Below, piece by piece: positions 47,387 to 59,604 of a stretch of 64,000 bases of DNA (the stretch's first letter is position 1; each line of letters begins with the position of its first letter). The stretch is taken from positions 62,001-126,000 of the forward strand of contig NW_026867601.1 of NCBI RefSeq assembly GCF_020745735.1, in the 5' to 3' direction. The notes below the pieces were generated by a model. That model was not told the origin of the DNA, ran no database searches, and saw nothing but the letters and a program-made list of their open reading frames with translations. The DNA is from Hemiscyllium ocellatum. Its lineage: Eukaryota. The translations under genes and the position numbers were made by a program.

Positions 47387-50300
47387 GGGCCGTGGCGCTC
47401 TTTATTGCGCATGCTTCCTGTTGCATTGCCATTTCTGAGTTGTTTGGAGATGCTGGGATTGGATTCGTGCGTTTGTGAATTTGAAAGTTGCATTTCAGCC
47501 CGTTGCAGCTCATTCTCACACCGGTGTATGTCAGCTCCTGATTTTACACTATGTGAGCAGCTGCTGGGATGAGAACCGCGTGTTCCATAGCCCTTAATTC
47601 CTTCTGACATCAAGAATTTATCAATCTCTGCCTTGAAGACATTTAGCGTCCCGGCCTCCACTGCACTCTGTGACAATGAATTCCACAGGCCCACCACTCT
47701 CTGGCTGAAGAAATGTCTCCGCATTTCTATTCTGAATTGACCCTCTCTAATTCTAAGGCTGCGTCCACGGGTCCTAGTCTTAGGACTACAAGGAGTCAGT
47801 CTCATGTTTGGATGGAAATGATATAAGGAAATGGAGTACTGGGCTAATGGTCGGATACCTGGTAGTGTGGATGAGCAGTGGGATCTTGGTGTCCATGTAC
47901 ACAGATCTCTGAAAATTTCCACCCAGGTAAATAGTGCTGTGAAGAGGCATATGGTGTACTGGCTTTTATTGGTAGAGGAATTGAGTTCCGGAGTCCTGAG
48001 GTCATGTTGCAGTTGTATAAGACTCTGGTGCAGCCGCATCTGGAGTATTGTGTGCAGTTTTGGTCACCATATTATCGGAAGGATGTGAAGGCACTGGAAC
48101 GGGTGCAGAAGAGGTTTACCAGGATGTTGCCTGGTATGGTAGGAAGATCGTATGAGGAAAGATTGAGGCACTTGGGGGTGATTTCATTGGAGAAAAGAAG
48201 GTTTAGGGGTGACTTGATAGAGGTGTACAAGATGATTAGGGGTTAAGATAGGGTTGACCATAAGAACCTTTTTCCACGTATGGAGTCAGATATTACGCGG
48301 GAGCATAGCTTTAAATTAATGGTGGTAACTATAGGACTGATGTTAGGAGTAGATACTTTACTCAGCGAGTCATGAGTTCATGGAATGCCCTGCCAGAAAC
48401 AGTGGTGGACTCTCCCTCTTTATGGGCATTTAAACGGGCATTGGATAGGCATATGGAGGATAGTGGGCTAGTGTAGATTAGGTGGGCTTGGATCGGCGCA
48501 ACACCGAGGGCCGAAGGGCCTGTACTGTGCTGTATTTTTCTATGTTCTATGTTCTATGAAACCTGAGGGCCAACTTTTATACACTAAGACCGATAAGCAT
48601 ATAGAATGAGCTGCCAGTGGAAGTGGTTGAGGGAGAAACATTAACAATATTTAAAAGGTATTTGGACAAATACATGCACAGGAATTGTTCAGAAGGATAA
48701 AGGGCCAAGTGCAGGGAAATAAGATTATCGTGGAAGGATAATTTGGTTGGTATGGATCAGTTTGAGCCAAAGCCCTGTCTCTGTGATGTGCAACTCTCAC
48801 ACTCTCGGACACAAATCAGATACCAGAAATGTTGGAGAATGCAAATTTTACTGAGTGGGGGAACTGAGGCTGATCAATATTAGTGAAGAAATGTTGCTTT
48901 GATAATTGCGGGGATGGACGGTGGATCAACCCACAGGGCCTGATAATCTACATCCAAGCGTACTTCACAAAGTGGTTCCAGCAATAGATAATGCATTCAC
49001 TGCCAGGATTGTCTACATTCCGATACAGTCCCTGCAGACTGGAGAGCAGCTGATATCACTCGAATATTCAAAAATGGAGACATTGTCTTTGTTTTCTCTA
49101 TAATCCTGTAATTTCCTGCGGTAGTACTACTGAGCCTCTCTTCGGGCGGAGTGTGTCCCCATGATGCATCGTACAATAAACTGATTAATACTCAAGGTCT
49201 GCCTGCAGTGATTTTCTACAGCAGCGCGGGTGTTTAATTATGTAACTGCATATACATTTCTGTGTCTATTGCCATGTAAGCACATCATATTGCCATGAAA
49301 CCACTTTGGGTGTCAGAGGTCACCGGCATGCTCTCGTCGTTGGAAGATGCTCACGTGAATTTCAGATAATGTGCTTTCCATGCAATGCAGCTTTCCTGCT
49401 TGATGAAGAGATGGTATACTAGCCTTCATTGTGAGAGGTTGAGTCCAGGAGCAGGGATGTGTTGTCGGCTTGGTGAGGCCACACCTCCAATATCGTATGC
49501 CGTTTTGGTCTCCTTTTCTGAGGAATGTATTATCTATCCTGTCTAGTCCTGTTAAGATTTTATAAGTCTCTATGAGATTCCTTCCTCATCCGTCTGAACT
49601 CGGGAGGAAACAATCCTAACGCAGTTAATCTCTCCTCATACGTCAGCCCCACCATCCCCTGAACCAGCCTGGGAACCCTTCACTGCACTCCCTCAAGAGC
49701 AAGACCATATTATTCTTCATCATTCTTGAAGCAGATCCTTTGCCTGACTGTCGAAAATCTCACCATGCAGAAAGTAAATTCACAAGTCACATGCATCCAT
49801 TCCGCACTCATGCCCAGGCACACTTGTTTGATCATTTAGGGACTCTGCATTTGAGAGGACGCAGAATGTGCGAATTTGTAACGTCACCTACAAATCTCAG
49901 CATAGCAACTGGGATACTCTCGTCCACATCCCAATTACACCCAACATGTCTTTCACTCCTCCCTCTTCACCTTCCAGGGCTGTATAATTCCTTGCAAGCA
50001 CATCTGTGCCTCTCGGTTGTCCAGACTGAAATAAAGAGTATTGTTGTGACAAGATCTGCTGTTGGAATTGCTGAGGGAACTCAGCAGGAGCGGCAGTGCC
50101 TGAGGGAGGAAACGGAATTCTCATAAATTTCCGTAGAAATTCTGAAACGGCGTCTCTGATTCTCTCTCCACAGATGCGGCCAGACCGGATGATTTTTTGT
50201 TTTCCTGCAGTTTCTGCTTTTGCTTTTAGCTGAATGTCTATTCCATTGACCGGAATGATACACCCAGACACACCATGTACCGATATTTATATCTTTCAAA

Positions 50301-51003
50301 AACTGAGGCAATTGAATTCAAACAAATGCAGAACGATGCTCTTCCCTCAGCTCCACAGACAGAGGGGCTCGGGAAAGCAGCGATGTGTCGTGGTTCTATA
50401 GGTATAGCTGAGTGATTGCACTTATAAACAGGCAATCCCGTTTCTTATTGCGGTGTCGAATCCTGCTGCCGGTAGCTGAAAGCAGAGCAAGAGGGAGTTT
50501 GTTTCGCATCTCTGTGTTTGGGATTCCAATCCCGGCGGGAAAACACTTCTTTCAGGTCACAAGTGGCGTCAATCTCCAATGCACTCCCTGAACAGCTCGG
50601 ATTCACCCGTGCACCCTGATGAAGGGCTTATGCCCGAAACGTCGAATTTCCAGATTCCTGACTAGAGTTTTCTCGCTGAATTTGGTCAAGGCATTGACTG
50701 GAATAGACCATGATTCAATGTATGAAAGTACATTTCACTGGGGTGGAACCTAAACCCGCAAAGTGACTGTGAATAAAAGCATGGAAACTCTCAGCACAGG
50801 AACAAGAGACACTGAAGCAGACACATGAGGACAAATATCTTTTCTCTGTCAGTGAAAGGCGCTGCTTCACAAAGGGGAGACTTCGAGGTGAAGCAGTGAC
50901 GGTGATAATTACTACTGATTATTCACCCGATGATTGCCGTTTCTGACCGAAGTCCGTGTTTACATTACATACTGACAACCTGTCACCGCTACCCCAGCGA
51001 TTG

Positions 51004-51076
51004 GGGCCAGTAGCGTAATGGATAACGCGTCTGACTTCTGATCAGAAGATTGTAGGTTCGAGTCCTACCTGGCTCG
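51004..51076 (+). tRNA. tRNA-Arg-TCT: tRNA-Arg(TCT), intronless, perfect cloverleaf
   Basis: GGGCCAG/CTGGCTC, GCGT/ACGC, TCTGA/TCAGA and GTAGG/CCTAC all pair; anticodon TCT at 51037-51039; TTTATT 15 nt downstream. Confidence 0.88.
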
Positions 51077-53789
51077 GGGCTGTGGCGCTCTTTATTGCGC
51101 ATGCTTCCTGTTGCTTTGCCATTTCTGAGTTGTTTGGAGATGCTGGGATTGGATTCGTGCGTTTGTGAATTTGAAAGTTGCATTTCAGCCCGTTGCAGCT
51201 CATTCTCACACCATGTAGACAGATCTCTGAAAATTGCCACCCAGGTAAATAGTGCTGTGAAGAGGCATATGATGTACTGGCTTTTATCGGTAGAGGAATT
51301 GAGTTCCGGAGTCCTGAGGTCATGTTGCAGTTGTATAAGACTCTGGTGCAGCCGCATCTGGAGTATTGTGTGCAGTTTTGGTCGCCATACTATAGGAAGG
51401 ATGTGAAGGCACTGGAACGGGTGCAGAAGAGGTTTACCAGGATGTTGCCTGGTATGGTAGCAAGATCGTATGAAACCTGAGGGCCAACTTTTATACACTA
51501 AGACCGATAAGCATATAGAATGAGCTGCCAGTGGAAGTGGTTGAGTGAGAAACATTTCCAGTCCCCAGAGTTCGAGTTTCTCCCACACCGCACACCCCAT
51601 TCCCACTCCCCAGACTCTGTGCATCACCCTCCCCACACCCGCAACCCACTCCCAGAGTCTGCGTGTCTCCCTCCCCCTCATACCCACACCCCTACTCCCC
51701 AGAGTCGATGTTTCTCTCTCACCCCATACCCCAAAATACACTCCCCGAATCTGTTATGCTCCCCCATACCCGACTCACAGTAATCCCCGTTGCCAGAGTC
51801 TCTTTGGCTTCACCCCCACACACACACACACACCACAGTCACACTCCCAGAGACTGAGGGCCTCCCTCACTCCACGCCCACATTTCCAGTTCCCAGAGTT
51901 CGAGTTTCTCCAACACCACACACCTCATTCCCACTCCCGACTCCGTGCATCTCCCTCCGAAAAACCTCTATTCCCACTCCCAGACTCTGTGTGTCTCCTT
52001 CCTCCCACACCCCCATCCTCACTCCCAGAGTCTGTGTGTCTCCCTTCACTCCCACATTCCCATCCCCACTCCAGAGTCTGTGCGTCTCCCTCCCACCACA
52101 CCTCTAACCCCACTCCCAGAGTCTGTTGTCAAAATTCCCCGACATCTCCATCCCCACTCTCAGAGTCTGTGTGTTTCTCGCCCCCATCTTTTATCCCAGA
52201 GTCCGTGTGATTCCCTCCTCCTACAGCCAACTCCCAACTCCAGTGTCTATGCATCTCTTCACCCATGCTCATCCCAACTTCCATAGTCTGTGTATCTCCC
52301 TCCCGCAACATCTCCACCCCATTGCAGAGTCTATGTGTCTCCCTCTCCCTCACACACCCAAGGTCTGTGAGTCTCCCTCCCTCCATACCCCCATTGCCAC
52401 TCCTAGAGTCTGTGTGTCTCCTGCCCCCCACTGCCCCATCCCCACTCCCTGGGTTTCTTTGTCTCCCTTCATCACCCTCCATACTCCCATCCCCACTCCC
52501 AGAGTCTATGTGCTCCCCTTTACCCCACAATCCCATTCCCACTCGGTAGAGTGTGTTTATCACCCTCCCCACACACCCCCATCCTGACTCCCAAAGACTA
52601 TGTCTCCCTCTCCCCCCACACTGCCATTTGCACTCCCGGAGTCTGTGTGTCTCCCTGGTCCACACATCTCCATCCCCACTCCCTAGAGTTTGTGCTTCTC
52701 CATCCACACCTCCCCACACTGCTGAAGGCTGCAGAATATAGAATCTAAAACCGATTTTTTAAAAAAAGTTTATATCATACGAAAAAGTAACAAAAAGTGC
52801 AAGATCAGAAATATTAAAAGGTACAGTCGAAGTGCTCCAGATTTTGAGAATTGAATGACCTTGTTAGATGGTTTGGAGATTCGTCCAACAACGTCCTGGA
52901 ATCAGACTGTTAAACCGAGTTCGAAGGTTGATTTGTAAGTGTTACATCAAAGTGATTGCATACCGCCCCATGAACCTGTTTCCAGATATAGGCCACATTG
53001 GCAGATGTTTCCTCAGACTGTTTCCCCTGGGTATTTATTTTCTGATCAGAAGTGAAATGGGTGGCACACAGAAACAGGAAGTTTTGGGTCAGCTGAGAAT
53101 GACACACCGGGCAACAATTCCCTGTTATCAGTGCAAGCAGTCTTCCTGCCTGTGGGGGTGAACGCACACTGACAGCATCAAAACCAAATAGGCAGATTAC
53201 GGTTGGTTTCAACATTGTATTCAATTCCATTCTCAGTTTCCACAATGAAACATAAAACACCCAAGATTATTTAAGCTAAATTACATTAACTGTCCGCTGA
53301 GAGTTATCACTGGGCGAAACAGGCCAAAGGACAATTAATAATTTCATTTGCAATTCTCTGTTTAAACTTTTCACAAACTTCGGCGATATCTCAGGTCAAA
53401 GGCAAGAAGAGATTGTATCAATGCACAGGTATTTTTACCTTGTACCTATCTTCAGTCATATTTTGCTCTTCTCTTTTTGCTTTCATTCATGTAAGATATC
53501 AAGAAAAAATTTAAGATTTCAGTAAGTGAATCACAGGTATTTCTAAGAGAAAGAGAAGAGATTAAGTGCTTCTGGTGTCACGCCACAAGATTTGATTAAA
53601 TAATGACACGAGGCAGTAGCAACCTTGATGTGTATTTTCTCTTTGTTCTGAGGTCATAAACTGTAGGCTAAGACTAATATTATCAAATTAAATATGGACA
53701 ACTATGAAGGTATAAAAACAGAACTAATTAAAATGAGTTGGTAAATCACGCAAAGGGATAATTAATAACGGTGTGCTAATTATAAACGC

Positions 53790-56050
53790 CAATAAAGAGA
53801 TTCCTGGGTGGAATATTGTTTCCCCAGAGCCGGGTCAGGGATGTTACTGATCGATTGCAGTACATTCTGAAAGTGGAGCGTGAACAGCCAGTTATCGTGG
53901 TGCATATAGTCACCAATGATATCAGTAAAAATTGAGATGATGTCCTGAAAGCAGAATTCAGGGAGCCAAGGGAGAAGTTAAAGATGAGGACCTCGAAGGT
54001 AGTGATCTCAGGATTGCTACAAATCCCAACGTACTGGCCAGGATAGAAATGACAGAATAGGCAGGATGAACACGTGACTTGAGAGATGGTGATGGAGGGA
54101 GAGGTTCAGATTTGTCGGACATTGGGAACAGTTCTCATAAAGGTAGGACTATTACAAATTCAGGTCTACACCTGAACCAGCCAGAAACTAATGTCCTTTG
54201 GGTAGCTTTTGTTACTGCTGGTGAGGAGGCTTTAAACTAATGTGGCAGGGGGCTGGGAACAAGAGAAGACAAGTAGACAGTGAGGTGGAAACTATAGACT
54301 GTAAGGATCATGAAGTGACCATTACCAAGGGGAAGAGTAGGCAGAGAGCAAATGAACTCAAAAGAATTGGCTGTCTGAAGGGCATACACTTTATTGCAAG
54401 GAGTATAGTGAGTAAGGCAGATGAACGTAGGTCTTTGATTGGTGCCTGGGAGTATGACGTTATTATGATCACCAAGACATGTTTGAAGAAAGGGCATGAT
54501 TGTCAACTAAATGTTCTAGGATATAGATGATTGAGACAGGACAGGGAGGGAAGTAAAAATTGCTGGGGGGGTTGTGGGTGGGGTGGGGAAGGAGTTGCTT
54601 TGCTGGCTCGGGATGATATCACGTTTGTGCTAAAGGAGGACACTGAGAAGGACTTGAGCAGCGAGGCATTATGGGTAGAGCTGAGGAATACGAAGTATGC
54701 AGTTTCATTTTTGGGGCTGAACTACAGGCTCCCAATAGTGACCGTGAGGTAGAAGAACAAACAGGTAAACATATCATGGAAAGATGTGGAGACACAGGTT
54801 GATGGTGAAGGGAGATTTTAATTTTCCCAACATTGACTGGGATACACTTAGTGTCAGAGGTCTGGATGGGCCATAATTTGTAGCATCCAGTAAAGGCTTC
54901 TGCAGCAGTATGTCAGTACTCCAACACGGTAAGAGGCCATATTGGACCTGATGTTGGGGTAAGATCCAGGCCAGGTGGCAGATGTTGCAGTGGGGGATTT
55001 CTCTGGGAACAGTGACCACAATTCTGTAAGTTCAAAAATATTGGTAGACAAAGATGAGAGTTGCCCTCAGGGAAGAGTCCTAAACTTGGCCAATGCCAAT
55101 TATATCAAAACTCGGCAGGGGCTTTGAAATGTGGATTGGGAGTTAATATTTGAAGGGAAGTCTACATTTGACATGTGGGAGGCTTTCAAAGATAAGTTGA
55201 AGATAGTGCAGGACAGGCATGTCCCTTTGAAAACAAGGGATAAGAAACGCAAAATTCGTGAACCTTGGATGACAGGAGTAATTGTGCGACTAGCCAAGAG
55301 GAAAAAGGAAGTGTACATAAAGTACAGGCAACTAAGAATGGAATGGGCCTTGGTGGAATATCAGGAGAGTAGAACCAATCTTAAATGAGGAATGAAATGG
55401 GCTAAAAGGGGTCATGAAATAACTTTAAGTGAACAGAATTAATGAGAATCCTTAGGTATTTTATTCATATATTAGAAACAAAAGGGTAACGATAGAAAGT
55501 GTTGGTTCTCCAAAGGATAAGGAAGGAAGGTTGTATGTTGAACCTGAGAAAAGGGGTGAGACTCTTAATGATTACTGTGCATCAGTGTTCACTGAGGAGA
55601 GGGACATGTTGAACGTTGAGGTTGGAGATAGAAGCTTGTTTCCTCTAGATCACATTGATATTAGGAAGGAAGTTGCATTGGGTAGGCTAAATGATGTTAA
55701 GGTGGATAAAGCACCAGAAGAAGCGGGGTCTATCCCAGGTTATTGAGGGAGGCGATAGAATATCAGGGGCCCTGACAGATATCTTGGTCGCACCGTTAAA
55801 CACAGGTGAGGTGCTGGTGGACTGGACATGTTGATTCCACTTGCACAAGAAGGGTAGTAGGGATATTCCAGAGCTTGACGTCAGTGCTGGGAAAGTGCTG
55901 GAGAATGTACTGAGGGATGAAATCCATTTACCTTTGGAAAAGAACAGGATTATCAGTGATAGACAATGTGGTTTTGTGTGGGGGAGATTGTGCCTTGCCA
56001 ATTTAGTAGGGTTGTTGAGGAAGTGACCAAATAGATAGATGAAGGAAAGG
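53790..56050 (+). mobile_element. decayed CR1 LINE 5' portion: ORF1 esterase (SGNH-like) remnant, ORF2 APE and start of RT
   Basis: P.AGVRDVTDRLQYILKVEREQPVIVVHIVTNDI; IARSIVSKADERRSLIGAWEYDVIMITKTCL; WEAFKDKL...EPWMT; QCGFVWGRLCLANL. Confidence 0.85.
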
Positions 56051-58165
56051 CTGGCACGGTAGATTCATTTAAGGTGCGTCTGAACAGATACATGAGGAGG
56101 ATACAGATTCTTAGGAATTGAGTGATAGGTTTAGATAGTGAATTTGGATCTGCACACGCTTGGACGGCGGAAGGGACTGTTCCTGGGATGTTAATTTACT
56201 TTGTTCATTGTTCTTCCTTGTGTAGTAATGGACATTAAAGTAGATATTTCAGAATATGCCGCAGAGATCATTTCTGCAGTGTAAGAAAACAAAACCTAAG
56301 GAAAGCAATCACAATCCCTGTTTCAAAATAAAATACTGGAACCAAACTGAGAATAAATCTATATTGTTGCACACTGATAGGGGGTAGACCTGAAGATTTG
56401 ACAGATATAGGAAAGTGGAAGAATATAAGTTTAATAAGGAAACAAGTATCAGTCTAAAAGTTAGAGTTAGCTAGTTAGATTAAATAGACAGAGACATTAC
56501 TGACAGGTTTTAAAATATAATTAACAATATGGAGGTTGGTGTTGTGGACAGTGAGTCAGTGAAACTAGCAACAAAAAGGAAATGGTCAATTCATTGTATA
56601 GGTACATTGCGACAGCCCTCTACATCAAAAATAGGTGGAAAATCAGGAAAACCAAAGAAGGTTGAGATAGAATTGAAATTACAATCGCCACTGAAGCGTT
56701 CCTGATAAAATAGTTATAGCCTGGATAAGGGTTCAAATTCATGCTCGGAATATTCACAGAAAACTGACTCACAAAATGTTTCATGCATTAGTTTTTAGTT
56801 TCCAAAATCAGGGAATGTTCTATGAGATTGCAAAATTGTGAATTGAAATCCTTCATTAAAAGGGGCAGATACAGAAAGCAGAAGTTATTTGACAGTTAAG
56901 TCAGCTTCTGGCATAAGGAGTAAGATAGAAACTATTATCAGGAACGGTCAAGTTAATCAGATGGAATCAATATGACTTTGTAATGGCAACATCATGCCTG
57001 CAGTTCATTGCAGATTTCTGACGACTTTGAGCGTGTGCAGTTGATAAAGGAACAGCAGTTCATGTAATGTATTTAGATACAGGAGTCATTGAAACATAAA
57101 AAAAATGGACCAAGAGTAGGCTATACACATCACCGAGCTTGTCCTGTGATTCAATACAATCAGGGCTAATAAAAGTCCAGTGAACTTTCACAGCACTCCC
57201 TCCATGGTGATGATAGCTTTCCAGACATAAGGAAAACTTAATTGCACTCCGTTCACCAATTGTAGTCTAGCCAAACTCCTATGCAACTAAAGCAACACTT
57301 CATTGCTCCAGGGTTCAAATTAACCTGTAGTAAGGGCTAACATTCTATTAATCTTCCAAATGTGTATTGAATAAAGGGTCACATCAAACATTTTTCTGGT
57401 GGATAATTAAACAACTCATTGGAGGAGTAGGCTCCACAGATATTTCAATCGTCCCTGATGGAGAGCACAACATATCAGTGTAAAAGTTAAGGCTGAAGCA
57501 TTCACAGCAATCTATTGTCAGAAATGCCAATTGTACGATCCATCTCGGCTTCGTCCAATTATCAGCTATATTACAGATACATGTTTTAAGCCAATTTGCT
57601 TCTCTCCACGTGATAACAAGACATTCTGGGAAGCTCTGCTTACTCAAACGTTATGTAACCGACAAAAGTACTGATGGTTTTAGCGAGGCAAGCACTTCCA
57701 GCGTAGCTGCAACGATGGCAAAAATCCGACAACGTGTGAAATAGTTGAAAAGTGTGTTGCTGGAAAAGCGCAACAGGCCAGGCAGCATCCGAGGAGCAGG
57801 AGAATCGACGTTTCGGGCATAAGTCCTTCTTCAGTAATCAGGACTCCTGAAAAGGGCTTAAGCCTGATTCATCGATTCTCCAGCTTCTCGGATGCTGCCT
57901 GGCCTGCTGCACTTTTCCAGCACCACACCTTTCAACTCTGGTCTCCAGCATCTGCAGTCCTCACTTTCTCCCAGTGTGGGAAATAGGCCAGCCACTTCCT
58001 GAGCACAGAAAGCAGGACAATCCAATCTGACCAATTTCTGCTCCCATGCTCGGTCATGAGTTGGGTGTGTGAAAATGCCATCAACAGAGCAATCAAGCAG
58101 CACTGGCTCAGCAATAACCTGCTCAGTGACATGAAATGTGGGTTACGCAATCTCCACTAAGCTCC

Positions 58166-58469
58166 GTGGGCGGCACGGTGGCACGGTGGTTAGCACTGCT
58201 GCCTCACAGCGCCTGAGACCCGGGTTCAATTCCCGACTCAGGCGACTGACTGTGTGGAGTTTGCACGTTCTCCCCGTGTCTGCGTGGGTTTCCTCCGGGT
58301 GCTCCGGTTTTCTCCCGCAATCCAAAGATGTGCGGGTCAGGTGAATTGGCCATGCTAAATTGCCCATAGTGTTAGGTAAGGGGTAAATGTAGGGGTATGG
58401 GTGGGTTGCGCTTCGGCGGGTCGGTGTGGACTTGTTGGGCCTGTTTCCACACTGTAAGTAATCTAATCT
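58166..58469 (+). mobile_element. full-length young HE1-like SINE, absent from paralog A
   Basis: Head gtgggcggcacggtggcacggtggttagcactgctgcc, B box gggttcaattccc, aatct tail; empty site gctcc|tgaccgaatt at ~30101. Confidence 0.92.
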
Positions 58470-58599
58470 TGACCGAATTCCACACTTGATTTATGCATAG
58501 ACAAAGAACTGATTCCCTGAAGCGCGGGCAGAGAGACAGCACTTGACTTAAACGTCACATTCGCCCGAGATTAATATTATAGGGCCCGACGAGAACTGG

Positions 58600-59280
58600 A
58601 ATCAGTGAGTATCAGATGACAAACTCTCTGTTGCCTGGAGTCGTACCTCGTACATTGGAAGATGGATCTGATTGTTGGATCTCAATCCTCTCAGCTCCAG
58701 GACACCTCCATTCGAGTTCCTGAAGGAAGTATCCTTGGCCGCAGCATCTTCAGCTGTGTCATCAATCATCCTCCTTTCATCATAAGACCAGAATTGAAAT
58801 CTGTGCCGATGATAGCACTTTTTATGACATCTCGTACATGGAAGCAATACACATTCAAATGTAACAATATCAGGACATTATCCGGAATTGGACTGACGAG
58901 TGACATTGACACCACTTCCAGGCAATAAGAGATAATCTAGCAAAAACGCCTTGACATTCAATGGTGTTACCATCATTGAAAAAACCCCGCCCCACTATCA
59001 GCATGCTGGGTATTATCGTTAACTAGAAACTGAACTGGACATTCCATATAAGCACAACGGTTCGAATAGCAGGCCAGGAGCTCGGAATACTGTGGCAACC
59101 AATTCACCCTCCTGACTCCGAAAGCTAATTGGCTCTCTAAAAAGCAGAAGTTAGGAGTGTAATGGCACACTTCCCCACTTGACTGGATGGGTGCAGCTTC
59201 AGTTACACTCAAGAAGCTTGACGTCATCCAGGACAAAGCATCCCACTTCAATAATCGCACTCTTACAAGCACACATTGCC
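58600..59280 (+). mobile_element. decayed non-LTR retrotransposon RT fragment (truncated paralog at 30230-30415)
   Basis: VPEGSILG...FSCVIN (GVPQGSVLGP-like) remnant. Confidence 0.6.
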
Positions 59281-59302
59281 TCCAAATCTGATACTCAGTA
59301 CC

Positions 59303-59604
59303 TGCAGTGAGAAAGCTCTCACAAACAGAAATGCAATAAATCTGACACTTTATATTACGACCAAGAACTCAACACGTGCAAATTATGGGGGAGCATGGAA
59401 ATCTGAAAAGAAAACAGAACAGAAATGTGGGAATCATGGACCAGGTGAATCAGGGTCTGCAGCTAGAGCATCGAATATAGATGTTAGATTGATTGTTGGA
59501 TGCAAAGTCTCCTGTTATATTGCCAGTATTCCACTCCAATATCTATTCATGATATAAAGTGTCAGATTTATTGCATTTCTGTTTGTGAGAGCTTTCTCAC
59601 TGCA
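59303..59604. mobile_element. 302-bp element with perfect 53-bp terminal inverted repeats (MITE-like)
   Basis: 59303-59355 is the exact reverse complement of 59552-59604. Confidence 0.7.

Larger units (their letters stand above)
40693..51555 (+). repeat. tandem array of ~3.82-kb tRNA-Arg-containing units (three units plus the start of a fourth)
   Basis: Anchor aacctgagggccaac at ~40916, 44738, 48560, 51474; periods ~3822, 3822 and 2914 (unit 3 carries deletions). Confidence 0.95.

Noticed and set aside
41667-50435. ORFs recurring in each array unit (e.g. MPDCRKSHH..., MSGCIIPVNG...)
   Set aside because: Their conservation reflects recent duplication; they overlap on both strands and run through PLE-tail sequence with no recognisable domains.
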